Position numbers and translations under genes: made by a program
Part shown: positions 12,811 through 25,952 of the stretch, piece by piece
How positions within the stretch are numbered: position 1 is the first letter of the stretch
Layout: each line of letters starts with the position of its first letter
Notes under the pieces: model-generated
Seen by the model: only the letters and a program-made list of their open reading frames with translations
What the model was told of the DNA's origin: nothing
Databases searched by the model: none
Assembly (NCBI GenBank): GCA_951406725.2
Contig: OX597824.1
Location: 18,104,001-18,168,000, forward strand
Direction: 5' to 3'
Source of the DNA: Octopus vulgaris
Lineage: Eukaryota
DNA length: 64,000 nt

Positions 12811-13439
12811 CAACAACAATAATGATGATAATAATAAATTCCACGTAAGCATCAACATTAACAACTGAAGCTTCAATATTAACAATAACAAAGATAAAAA
12901 AAAATAACATTAATTCTTTATATTATAATTACTACTGAGACGAATGGTATTGTTCTTGGTATTTCATAGAAAAAATAACTGGTCATTGGCTGCAGCCATT
13001 TTGGATTTTAAAAAAAGCTCTATAAAGAAAAAGGGGAGAGAAAAACTGATAGACTTACAGACGATACTGAAATCTATTTCAAGCATTGACAGTAATATAT
13101 AGGAGTTTGTATAAATATAGATTGCCGATACAGTATTCACTTCACCTTACAAACACACAAAACATACGAATATATGTACAGGTAGGCCAGGCACATTTAC
13201 ACACACATACACACGCGCACATAAACGTACGCGCGCGCATATGTATATTTGTGTGTGCGTGGATGACTATATATATGTGTATATATGTATGTATCGATAT
13301 GTGTGTGTGCGTGTGTATAATTTCATATTGCTTTTTGCTTTATTTAATGATTTATTAAACTTTGGTGCCTTCATGCAATTAGCACTTTACTTAGACACAG
13401 AATTGGCGCCAGCGTGTGTCTAGGACCTAGAAAACACGC

Positions 13440-13460
13440 TCTGTCTGTCTGTCTCTCTTT

Positions 13461-13506
<46 letters not shown>

Positions 13507-13679
13507 TATATATATATACGACAGGCTTCTTTCAGTTTCTGTCTAGCAAATACACTCACAAGGGATAGGTCAGCCCGAGGCTATAGTAAAACACACTTGA
13601 CCAAGGTGTGACACAGTGGGATGAGAACCCATAGCCAAGTGGTTGATCAGCAAGCTACTTACCACACAGCCACTCTTCC

Positions 13680-13680
<1 letters not shown>
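13440..13680 (-). mobile_element. SINE family A, 5' half
   Basis: cgacaggcttctttcagtttctgtc...gcaagctacttaccacacagccactc. Confidence 0.75.
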
Positions 13681-13721
<41 letters not shown>

Positions 13722-13811
13722 CATGCATGCATACATATATATATACATACATACATGCATACATATATACATACATACATATATATATGTATGTATATAT
13801 ATATATATATG

Positions 13812-13842
<31 letters not shown>

Positions 13843-13882
13843 CATACTATATATACACACATATATATGCATATATACAAAT

Positions 13883-13915
<33 letters not shown>

Positions 13916-14207
13916 CATACTTTCCCTCTCTTTTTAAATATTAGATTAGTCTTTCTTCTTTATTTCATTTTCTTGTTTTTTTAAATTTTTCCCTTGTTTT
14001 GTAATTTATAAATTATTTGTGTATTTTGTTTCTGGATTTCAAGATGTCGGTATTAGTCTTCATATTATTATCAATATTTTTATATTTTCCCTATATCAAT
14101 CGCCATCATTCGAATTATTTTTTGTAATTAGTAATAGTTGTAGCATTGTCCTTTATATTATTTCGTTGCTCAGTTATTGTATTCGATAGTAATAGTAAAA
14201 TTTGAAA

Positions 14208-14248
<41 letters not shown>

Positions 14249-14394
14249 CGGGTGGTGGCTGAAAGAGGAATCCTGATTGAAGTGAAAAGAATTCAAATCC
14301 TGAAAAGGCTTAATTTTTTTAATTCGTAAAAAAAAAAGGAATAATAAATAATTGACCTAAAAGGGAACAATAACGAAAGCAAAAATTAATAAAG

Positions 14395-14541
14395 ATAGTA
14401 GCAGCAGTGGTAGTGGTCGTTGTAGCAGCAGCAGCAGCACTAGTAGGGGCAGCAGCAGCACTAGTAGGGGCAGCAGCAGCAGTAGTAGTAGCAGTAGCAG
14501 TAGCAGCAGCAACAGCACCAGCTGCAGCTTTATCATTATTA

Positions 14542-14573
<32 letters not shown>

Positions 14574-14662
14574 GGTAGTAGCAGCAGTAGTAGTAGTAGT
14601 AGTAGAAGCAACAGCACCTGCAGTAGCTTTAGTATTATTATTACTATTACTATTATTATTAT

Positions 14663-14697
<35 letters not shown>

Positions 14698-14749
14698 ATA
14701 GTTGTAGAAGCAGCAGGAGCTGGGGCAGTGCTGCAGCAGCAGCAGCAGC

Positions 14750-14807
<58 letters not shown>

Positions 14808-14811
14808 CAGT

Positions 14812-14890
<79 letters not shown>

Positions 14891-14945
14891 CGAGCAGCAG
14901 CAGCAGCACCAGCAGCAGTAGCAGCTGCTGCTGCTGCTGCTAGCT

Positions 14946-15025
<80 letters not shown>

Positions 15026-15035
15026 TAGTGGTAGT
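14395..15035. repeat. Compound (CAG)n/(TAG)n/(TTA)n trinucleotide array with an internal CTG inversion
   Basis: Direct reading; 40-bp perfect palindrome at 14924-14963. Confidence 0.9.
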
Positions 15036-15184
15036 TATGATGTACGGAGGAAAAAGAATGAAAGCAGAAAATAATTCCTGAAAAAGATGTCAAAGAAAAA
15101 CCAGGAAGAAAAGTTGTGTTTGGTTCTATTGCTGATGTTGTTGATAGTGTTGTTGTTGTTGTTGTAGCGGCTACTGGTGCTTGT

Positions 15185-15930
15185 GGTGATGATGATGCCG
15201 ATGGTGCTAGTAACGATTGTGATGTGGATGACGACGACGACTGTGGTTTTCATAACGATGATGATGATGATGATGATGATGATGACGACGACTGTGGTGT
15301 TGATAACGATGATGATGATGATGATGATGATGATGACGATGATGATGATGACGATGACGATGACGATGACGATGATGATGATGATGATGATGACGATGAC
15401 GATGACGATGACGATGATGATGATGATGATGACGATGATGATGACGACGATGACGATGATGATGATGATGATGATGACGATGATGATGACGACGATGATG
15501 ATGATGATGATGATGATGATGACGATGATGATGATGATTGTGATGGTGACAGCGATGACGCTCGTTATGGTGATGATAGCTGTGATGATGCTGCGGACAA
15601 TGAAGATGATGGCGATGATGATAATGACGACGACGACGACGCCGACGATGATGATGATTGCGTTGATTAAGATGATGGAATCTCTCGGCGATGATGATGA
15701 GGAGGATGAAGAAATTCATTACGAAGATGATGGTTATGAAGATGCTGATTATAAGGAACTTCATGATGATGACGATGATGATTATGATGATGATGATAAA
15801 AAAAATTTAGGAAGCTGTGGATTACGTTCAATCGGTTCGTTGATGATGAGGATGATGATGATGAGGAGGAGGAGGAGGGGAGAAGGAGGATGGAGAAGAA
15901 ATGATGATGAGGATGATGATGATGATGACT
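15185..15930. repeat. (GAT/GAC)n trinucleotide array
   Basis: Direct reading; source of the poly-D, poly-M and poly-H pseudo-ORFs. Confidence 0.9.
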
Positions 15931-17597
15931 ACGTCAATGATGAAACAGAGAAAGGAAGGTATTGTAAACAGAAATGAGAATATGCGAAAAAGGAATTATA
16001 GAAAAATATCAAATAAAATAACACCAAAATAAAAAATAAAATAAAATGAAATAAAAGAAGAGAAAGAAAGAAAAGGAAGAAAGGAATTATGAATCTAATG
16101 CATAATGGGTCAAAGAGAAAAAAATGGTTTTAGATTTGGGAGGAATTTATTGAAAGAAAGAGCAGGGTTGGGGAATAAGCAGAAAAATGGGAGTTCAGGA
16201 AGGCATTGAGAAGTATGTTAAACTGATTGACATGGCGAGAGGTAGTGAGAGGCAGAAAGATAAGAAGTGAGGTAGGGGCACGAGGAAGGTGAGAGAGGAC
16301 ATAGGATGATATAGAGAGGGTTGAGAGGGAGAAAGGAAGCAGGAGGAGGTAGGGGGTGAGAGAGAGGGTGAGAGAGGAAATAAAAAATGTAGAGGGTGAA
16401 CGAATGTGGGGGAATGAAATTTGGTGAGAGGAAGGGGAGAAGGAGAGAAATATTTGAAGAAAATGAGAGAGTAAGAGGGTGAGAAGGAGGAAAAGAGGGA
16501 GAGAGAGAGAAGTGGGTAAAGAGCATGACACAATCAAACGCCCAGGCAAGGAGAGATAGAAATAGAGACGGAGACAGATACAGAGGAAGGGATAGAAAGT
16601 ATGATCTACATATATATAGAGAGAGGGGGAGGAGGAAGAAAGAGAAGGAGGGAGAGAGAGACAGAGAGAGATGGATAAAGAGAGACTGACAGGCAGACAG
16701 ACAAAGGAAGGTGTATAGTGGAAGGGGCAAAGTCAGAAGTAGGAGGATAGACATCCATAGACATGTGTAGAGAGAGGTGGATGAATCAGTGAAGTTGAGG
16801 GAGGCGTAGGGAGAGAGTGACACAAGGAGAGAGAAGGGGAGAGAGAGAGAGAGACCATGAGCCCGACACACTCAAACGGCCAGATGAGGAGAGAGAATGG
16901 GATTGAGAGAGAGAGAGAGAGAGAAAGAAAGACAAAGAGCATGACACTGTCAGACGCTTAGACAAGGAGAGGGAGACAAATAGAGACAGGTACATAGAAA
17001 TAAAGAGAGAGAGAGAGAGAGAGAGAAAGAATGAGGCAGAGTGAGAGACACAGGAAGGACAGACAGATTAACACAGCGAAGGTGTAGGGTGGGAGAGATG
17101 AAGCCGTGGGGGTGGGGCCTGAATGTGAAGTAGGAATGTAAAAGTCCGTCAGAGAAATATTAAATACAAAAATGGTGTGATGAGGAGAAGAAGAAGAAGA
17201 AGAAGAAGAAGAAGAAGAAGAAGAAGAAGAAGAAGAAGAAGAAGAAGAAGAAGAAGAATCTGAGAATGTCTGGGAGAAGGAAGGTTGGATGAGGAAGAAT
17301 TGAATTTATAGAGAAATAAATGAAAGGATACAAAAGGTAATTTTCATGTGGCAACGAAGAATTTTTCACTGACGCAGTTGAAGTTCGATTTACAACTGAA
17401 GATAATTTGAAGAAAACTTCAAGTGAAACCGAAAGGCTTTACTGAGGCTGGCATGGAGATATCGGTGCGGACTGGTATTTCTATTGTCCCTTAACTACTC
17501 CGTGCAATTGTGTATGTCTGAGAGAGGGAGAAGGAGAGAGAGAGGGAGAGAGAGAGGGAGAGAGGGAGAGAGAGAGAGTGCGTATGAATCTATATAT

Positions 17598-18010
17598 ATT
17601 TCTTTACTGCCCACAAGGGGCTAAACATAGAGGGGACCAACAAGGACAGAGGGATTAGGTTTATTATATCGACACCAGTACGAAACTGGTAGTTTATTTA
17701 TCGACCACGAAAGGATGAAAGGCAAAGTCGACCTCGGCGGAATTTGAACTCAGAACGGAACGACCGACGAAATACCTATTCCTTTACTACCCACAAGGGG
17801 CTAAACACAGAGCGGACAAACAAGGACAGACAAACGGATTAAGTCATTTATATCGACCCCAGTGCGTAACTGGTACTTAATTTATCGACCCCGAAAGGGT
17901 GAAAGGCAAAGTCGACCTCGGTGGAATTTGAACTCAGAACGGAACGACCGACGAAATACTGCTAAGCATTTCGCACTGCACGCTAACGTTTCTGCCAACT
18001 CGCCGCCTTG
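17598..18010 (-). mobile_element. SINE family B, tandem dimer
   Basis: Two head-to-tail copies. Confidence 0.8.
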
Positions 18011-18116
18011 TATGAATCTATATAACTGTGTAAATACACATATGTATGTAGTTCACAGAGTGTGTGGGTGTGAGCTTTTCGTAGATCCATATATTGCATG
18101 ATTCAGTTAATCAGAA

Positions 18117-18525
18117 CAGCTGGCAGGAAGGTTAGCACACAGGGCGAAATGCGTAGCCGTATTTCGTCTGCCGTTACGTTCTGAGTTCAAATTCCGCCGA
18201 GATCGACTTTGCCTTTCATCCTTTCGGGGTCGATAAATTAAGTACCAGTTACGCACTGGGGGTGATATAATCAGCTTAATCCGTTTGTCTGTCCTTGTTT
18301 GTCCCCTCTGTGTTTAGCCTCTTGTAGGTAGTAAAGAAATAGGTATTTCGTCTGCCGCTACGTTCTGAGTTCAAATTCCGCCGATGTCGACTTTGCCTTT
18401 CATCTTTTCGGGGTGGATAAATTAAGTACCAGTTACGCACTGGGGTTGGTGTAATCGGCTTAATCCCTTTGTCTGACCTTGTTCGTTCACTCTATGTTTA
18501 GCCCGTTGAGGGCAGTAAAGAAATA
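18117..18525 (+). mobile_element. SINE family B, tandem dimer, inverted relative to 17598-18010
   Basis: Two head-to-tail copies. Confidence 0.8.
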
Positions 18526-18554
18526 AGAACAGTGCATGTGTTTACAAATCAATT

Positions 18555-18847
18555 CCAATGCGTGGAACCTTGGAGAAGTGTCTTCTACTATGGCATCAGG
18601 CTGACCAATGCCTTCTGAGTGGATTTGGCAGACGGAAACTGAAAGAATCCCAACGTATATGATTGTGCGTATTTGTGTGTGTTTCTCCCACAGCATCGCT
18701 TGACAACCGGTGTTGGCGTGTTCACGTCGCCGTAACTTAGCGGTGCAGCAAAAGATAGCGATAGTATGTACTAGGCTTATATATGTATGTGTATTTGTAT
18801 GTATATATATATATATATATGTATATGTGTATATATATATATGTGTG

Positions 18848-18928
<81 letters not shown>

Positions 18929-19042
18929 ATGTATGTATATATGTGTGTGCGTGTTTGCGTATCTGTGTTTGTCCCCCCCACCACCATCGATTGACAACAG
19001 ATGTTGGTATGCTTACACACCTGTAACTTAGCGGCTCGGCAA
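18555..19042 (+). mobile_element. SINE family A fragments with internal (TA)n
   Basis: ccttggagaagtgtcttctactat...gacggaaactgaaagaa...gtaacttagcgg. Confidence 0.65.
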
Positions 19043-19156
19043 CACTGACCTGATACCGTCGGTATCTACATGTTAAATTTGAGCGCCATCGGATGGAGGA
19101 TGCCCGAGATCCCAGAAGACACACACAGACAGACGGAACGGATCTTATATAATAGA
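19043..19156 (-). mobile_element. Probable Helitron 5' terminal fragment
   Basis: Reverse complement begins a|TCtattatataaga...gtctgtctgtgtgtg, like the 5' ends of the other Helitrons in the window. Confidence 0.5.
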
Positions 19157-19502
19157 TATGCATTTGCAAATGTTAGAAGGTTTAAGTGACATGATACATG
19201 TGTGACGGCATCTAGAAGTCAAGGTTAGTTTATGACAACGGTCATGTGTCTAAGCGATGTTTCTTACATGCCCATATTTTGCAGATATCTATACATTTAC
19301 ATAGATGCAATGAATGTCTACGCAATAACTAAATATCAGTGATGACATATCAACTAAAAAGGTCAACAATATTTACCTTCAGTGACAAAGTCTATTCGAA
19401 AAATACACCCCAAGAACAACACAATGTTCGCTAAAGACGTTCATATCACCCAACTATTTTACTGTATCACAGCTCTATAAACAAGCTAGTAGATACCACT
19501 TT

Positions 19503-19835
19503 GAGAACACATAAGCAAAATGGAGCTATGGCAAAGTACAAACGAAGTTTCGGTTAGGGAGCAAATATTTAAGAAAAAGTGGAAGTGGATTGGTAGCACA
19601 ATTAGAAAAGACACACCAAATGTAGCGAAAAGTGCTTTAGAGTGGAAACCGGATGGATATAGAAAGAAAAGTAGGCCTAAGAACTCGTGGCGGAGATCAA
19701 CACAAAAGGAACTAGAGAAAGGGGGACATTCATGGCAGAGTATAAGTACAGAAGCGAAAAATTATGCGACATGGAATTCAACTATAAGTGGCCTATACTC
19801 CGCGTTGGAGGGTTAAAGGGCAGGAAGAAGAAAGA
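19503..19835 (+). pseudogene. 5'-truncated RTE-clade LINE (ORF C-terminus) with TSD
   Basis: ORF 19520-19816 reads KWKWIGSTIRK...AKSALEWKPDGYRKKSRPKNSWRRS...; short GAA-rich tail; TSD taccacttt at 19494-19502 and 19839-19847. Confidence 0.8.
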
Positions 19836-19941
19836 AGTTACCACTTTAATGCAATAAATATGTGAAGCATTAATACACACCTGTTAACTGCACACAAATG
19901 ACACATAAAATATATAACATAAAACATATTACGTTACCAAA

Positions 19942-20328
19942 TCTTTATATATAAAAGAGAAGTTGTGTGTCTGTCTCCTACGATTTAGATTCCTAACTAC
20001 TCCCACATTTTGCGGTGCAGTTTAACCAAAACCGGGTATCTTATAGTCGTGATTCATATCGAGCCCTTCTGGATATTAGCGCGCGTTTACGATGAGTCTA
20101 CGATTCAAAAAAAAAATTACTATCATTGTTTTCCATTTTAATGCATTTTTTTGCTATTATATAAGGGAAGTAACTCTCTAGAAATGTCTACGATGAGTCA
20201 ACGATTAAAAAAAAATTTAGTATCATTTTTTTTTCCATTTTTAATGCATTTTTTGGCTATAACTCTCTAAAAATGCTTATATAGTTATTTCCCTTACAAA
20301 CCCGAGCAACGTCGGGAGATACTGCTAG
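19942..20328 (+). mobile_element. Non-autonomous Helitron
   Basis: A|TC 5' end, subterminal hairpin cccgagcaacgtcggg, CTAG|T 3' end, no TSD; internal ~105-bp duplication relative to 4071-4362. Confidence 0.88.
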
Positions 20329-20807
20329 TACTTAATAATCAAAAATATGGTCCGTATATTGCTTCCATCTCGAACAGAGATTTTCTAACGGACTAGTTAC
20401 CTACTTACAAAATCAGTGATTGTATGACACTGTATTTTCTATATATTGCAAGTGAGGTTAGACTTCTGGCAAACCAGTGCCCATCACCGAAGAGATCCAA
20501 TTAGATCGCAATCACGTGGACTGGTGGTCTCGAAGCTAGGGTGGCAGGAGTTATATCCCACTTAAAGTAAATATCGAGTGCGGAAATCGCACTGAATAAA
20601 CCAGCTGCAGTAGATGTCTTCCTGGAGTTAAAAAAGCGATATTGTCGTCTCTTGTATAATGCGCACATTAAAGTAGCGATAAACACTACCCTTTTGTTCG
20701 TATAATGCTTCTATCTTGAACAGAAAATTTAAAATGTAATAGTTCCCTAGTTACGTAATCAGTGATTGTACGACACCGTATTTTCTATATTAATGCATGG
20801 GAGGTTT

Positions 20808-21107
20808 TGAGGCACATGGCCTAGTGGTTAGAACAGCGGACTAGCGGTCGAGGTATTGCGGGGTCGAATCTCAGACTGGGCAATGTGTGTATTTATGAGC
20901 AAAACGCCTAGGCTCCACGCGGCTCCGACAGAAGGTATTGGCGAACTTCTGCTAACTCTTTCGCCACAACTTTCTCTCACTCTTTCCTCCTGCATCTTGC
21001 AGCTCACCTGCGACGGACCGGCGTCCTGTCCAGGGACCCTATACGCCAAGGAAACCGGGAAACCGGCCCTTATGAGCCAGGCATGGCTCGAGAAGGAACA
21101 AACAAAA
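20808..21107 (+). mobile_element. SINE with a family C head and a different 3' half
   Basis: tRNA-like head tggcctagtgg...gggtcgaatc; flanked by catgggaggtt/catggaaggtt (TSD with 1 mismatch). Confidence 0.7.
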
Positions 21108-21869
21108 CATGGAAGGTTAAGCTACTGCCATCACCAGTGATGCAGACGTCATTCTACAAACATTATTACGGATACAGTTTATGCAGACTCTATAGATTCT
21201 ATTTACAATAATATCAAAGCTCAAATACTAAGTCAGAAAGTTGAGGAAGCTGCAATGGGTGAGGTCGATTTTGCCTCTCATCCTTTCGGGGATGAAACAA
21301 GTACTAGTTCAGCTTTTGGGTTAATGTAATCGCTTTACCTCCTCCCCACAATTTCAGACCTTGTGCTTATAGTAAAAATTTTGTATGTCATTATCGATAA
21401 ACTTGAGTTGATGGTTTTCAGTCAAGCAAGACGATATATTTTGTCATAAAAGCGTATAAATTTGAAATATTGAAATGGTTTTAGATATCTAAGTTTAGGA
21501 ATGGAAATCTCAAGAGACACGCAGTAAAATGCAATTTGAATTTTTTTTCATATTTGAACAGTGATTAATCTGTTCACATTATGTTGGACAAATTTGTTTG
21601 ATGACTTCAAGATACAGGTTGCTTTAGAACTGCTGTGAAAATGTTGATATATGGAGCCGAATGCTGGACACTTACGAAAGGAAGAACAAACAGATTAAAT
21701 GAAGCAAATATAAAATATTAACGCGAAAGAAGAATCTGCATGAGAGCAACATTCAACAACAATTCCATTTAATTATATCGTTGTTAATAGAAATCATTGA
21801 ACAATGAAGAGTTAAGCTAGTGGGTAAAGTGTTGGCGAAGAAATGATAAAGATGCTCGTTAATTATTCT

Positions 21870-22255
21870 TTTGTACCCTCGGCCCAAGGCCAGAAATATT
21901 TGGGGAGGAGGCCAGGCAATTAGGTCGACCCCAGTACGCAACTGGTACTTAATTAATTGACCCCGAAAAGACGAAAAGCAAAGTCGACCTCGGAGGAATG
22001 TGAACTCAGAAGGTAAAGTCAGACGAAATACCTATTTCTTTACTACCCACAAGAGGTTAAACACAGAGAGGACAAACAAGGACAGACAAACGGATTAAGT
22101 CGATTACATGGACCCCAGTGCGTAACGGGTACTTATCTAATCGACCTTGAAAGGATGAAAGGCAGAGTCGACCTCGGCGGAATTTGAACTCAGAACGTAA
22201 CGGCAGGCTAAATACTGCTAAGCATTTCGCCCAGCGTGCTAACGATTCTGCCAGA
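21870..22255 (-). mobile_element. SINE family B, tandem copies
   Basis: Homology to other copies. Confidence 0.78.
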
Positions 22256-22289
22256 CGCACAGGCACACATAGACACATACAAATACACA

Positions 22290-22490
22290 CTCACACACAT
22301 ACACACACACACACACATATATATATATAACGGGCTTCTTTCAGTTTCCGTCTACTAAATCCACTTACAAGGCTTTGGTCGGCCCGAGGCTCTAGTAGAG
22401 GACAGTTGCCCAAGGTGCCCCGCAGTGGGACTGAAACTGGAACCATGTGGTTGGTAAGCAAGCTACTTACGACACACACACTCTTGCGCC
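22290..22490 (-). mobile_element. SINE family A, 5' half
   Basis: Homology to 37217-37380. Confidence 0.75.
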
Positions 22491-22807
22491 TATATATATA
22501 TATATGTGTGTGCGTGTGTGTTTGTATATAATGTTTATCTTTATATATAAATGTGCGTGTGCCTATGACAAAGAAGGAGGGAGTATGTATGTATGTGTAT
22601 ATATGTATATATCGCATTCATGTATTATATAGATAGATGCAAAGCACTTATGATTATACACAGTTCTGTACATTTTTGCCTAGATGTTTTTGCGAACGTT
22701 GTATTTGTATTGAAGGAGAATCTTTCAAAATATGGGAGAGTGAGAAAATTCATTTTGTCTCACTTGTGTTTGTTTCATACATATATACACACATATATAT
22801 ATATATA

Positions 22808-22890
<83 letters not shown>

Positions 22891-23428
22891 GTATATATAT
22901 GTATGTGTGTGTATATATAGACAGATAGATAGATAGATATATGTATGAATGTATGTGTGTGTCACTGTGTGAGAGTGTGTGTCTGTGTGTATGTGCTCTC
23001 TTCACTACCTCACACTTTTCATTCCACCTGCTCCAACTTTATTCCCTATGTGTATTTAACGTATACACCCTTACTTCAATTGCCATTTCCTTCGTGACCT
23101 TCATCTGCTCCGATTTCAAATTTTTTTTTGTAATCTCCCAGCTCATCCTCACCGCCACCACCAACCACCACCACCACCACCACCATCATCATCCTCATCA
23201 TCCATTCTCCCGCTCCTACCACCACCACCCTTATCATCCTTCCTCAAGCTCCTTCTTCCTCGACTCTGTCTCCTTACTCTCACTGCTGTTATTTTGTGTT
23301 ATTATTTCTCTCGTAACCTGCATCATCATTATGATAATCATCATCATCATCATCATCATCAATATGACCACCACTTCTACCATCATCTACGGAATCATCA
23401 CCATCATCATCATCCTCATCATCACCAC

Positions 23429-23466
<38 letters not shown>

Positions 23467-24296
23467 CAATCAATACACTCATCGCCAGTACCACCACTAC
23501 TACAAAACCACTCCCCTAGTCATAGCCGCCATCTTAACACTATTATCGCCGCCATCATTAACATAACTACCAACACCATCACCATTATCTCTATTGATGT
23601 TACTATTTCTCCCATACGAAAATTATATTCTAATTGTATTACTTTTTTTTTCCGCTTTGGTCGGGGGGGGGGGGTAGGAAAGGCGGCCCCTTTGTTTTTC
23701 ATATTTCTTCTTCTTTCATATTTTCACCACCTCCACACACACCCACACACACCATTCACTATTTCACATTCTGCTCCCTACCATTTTCCCGTCTCACTCC
23801 CTTGTTGTCCCTTACACCTTCCCTCTTTCCATTGTCCCCCACCTTTCACCTTGTAACTCCGACTTCCCTTTCTTCTCTCACACGGACATATTTTTTAGTG
23901 GTGGTGGGGGGAAGGGCTTTTCTTCTATCCCTCTCCGCCATCCACATCTTAAACCCATTCACGCGTCTTTCTCTTCCTTTCAAAGCTATAACTCCTTCTT
24001 CTCTCTTATTTCTCTCACTTATTACATCTGCACTGACGCTGCCCCATTCCCTTTTTTTATCATTTTTTTTTTCAAATATTCCCAGTATTTCTTCTTCAAT
24101 CCTTCATCCAAACGCACCATTCTTCTCATCGTTCTTTCCTTCAACATCTTTCTTTTAAAATTTGTCGCATCTCCAATTTTTCGCCCTTTTTCTCTCATCA
24201 CATTATTTGCCCCATATCTCTGTCCCTGTCTCTCTGTCGCTCTTTCTCTTTCATCCTGCACATACATATACACACGTGTATACATATATAGAGATG

Positions 24297-24345
<49 letters not shown>

Positions 24346-24404
24346 ATGTATGTATATATATGTATGTATAGATATATACATATATATATATATAGAGATG
24401 TATG

Positions 24405-24488
<84 letters not shown>

Positions 24489-24496
24489 TCACACAA

Positions 24497-24670
24497 GCGC
24501 ATTGGTAGTTGTGTGGTAAGAAGCCTGCCATCCACATGGTTCCAGGTTCAGTCCTCCTCCGGGAAAATTTCGGCAAATGTCTTCTACTATATCCTCGGGT
24601 CGACCGAGGCCTTCTGAGTGAATTTTGTAGACGGAAACTGAAAGAAGACCGTCGTATATTTTTATATATG

Positions 24671-24724
<54 letters not shown>

Positions 24725-24950
24725 TATTTGCTATTTGTGTCTGCTTGTCCCCCAACCATCAATTGACAGCCGATGTTAGTATGTTTACGTCCCCGTAGCT
24801 TAGCGGTTCGGCAAAAGGTGACCCATAGAATAAGTACTAGGTTTACAATGACTAATAGGTCCTGGGACCAAAGTTTTTCGACTATAGGCAGTGATCCAGC
24901 ATGGCCGCAGTCAAATGAGTGAAACACGTAAAGGAATAAAAGAATAAAAG
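24497..24950 (+). mobile_element. SINE family A, full length, diverged
   Basis: tRNA-like head, internal (TA)n(TG)n, tail ...gcatggccgcagtcaaatga... Confidence 0.8.
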
Positions 24951-24989
<39 letters not shown>

Positions 24990-24991
<2 letters not shown>

Positions 24992-25220
24992 TCTTTTACT
25001 CTTTACTCTTTTACTTGTTTCAGCCATTTGACTGCGGCCATGCTGGAGCACCGCCTTTAGTCGAGCAAATCGACCCCGGGACTTATTCTTTGTAAGCCCA
25101 GTACTTATTCTATCGGTCTCTTTTGCCGAACCGCTAAGTAACGGGGACGTAAACACACCAGCATCGGTTGTCAAGCAATGCTAGGGGGGGACAAACACAG
25201 ACACACAAACACACACACAT

Positions 25221-25263
<43 letters not shown>

Positions 25264-25425
25264 TACGACAGGCTTCTTTCAGTTTCCGTCTACCAAATCC
25301 ACTCACAAGGCATTGGTCGGCCCGGGGCTATAGCAGAAGACACTTGCCCAAGAAGCCACGCAGAGGGACTGAACCCGGAACCATGCGGTTGGTTAGCAAG
25401 CTACTTACCACACAGCCACTCCTGC
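24990..25425 (-). mobile_element. SINE family A, full length, inverted relative to 24497-24950
   Basis: Reverse complement of the 37217-37665 type; (AAAGAGTA)n tail. Confidence 0.85.
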
Positions 25426-25704
25426 AAACACAATCACTCCTTTTTATATTTTAACAGCTATCCTCTCTTTCTCAGCCTCCATCTTTCTCACGCTTTCCTC
25501 TATCTTCTTCATGTCATTCATGGTAGCGCCTTTCATTCTTATTCCCTCATATCTCTTTAACTTACTCATTCATAACACTTAATCACCCTCTTTCCACACC
25601 CCTTTTCCCTGTTTCTCTTTCTCTCTCTTTCCTTCTTTCATTCTTTCTCTCTCTGTCTCTCTCTGCTTTTGCACGAATGTCTTTAATTTCATATATCTAA
25701 ACCC

Positions 25705-25870
<166 letters not shown>

Positions 25871-25912
25871 ATCTCCCTCACTCTGTCTCTCTGTGTCTCT
25901 TTCTCTCTCTCT

Positions 25913-25952
<40 letters not shown>

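Noticed and set aside
16130-17100. Purine-rich strand-biased block with faint internal duplication
   Set aside because: Low-complexity (GA)-rich sequence; no supportable function
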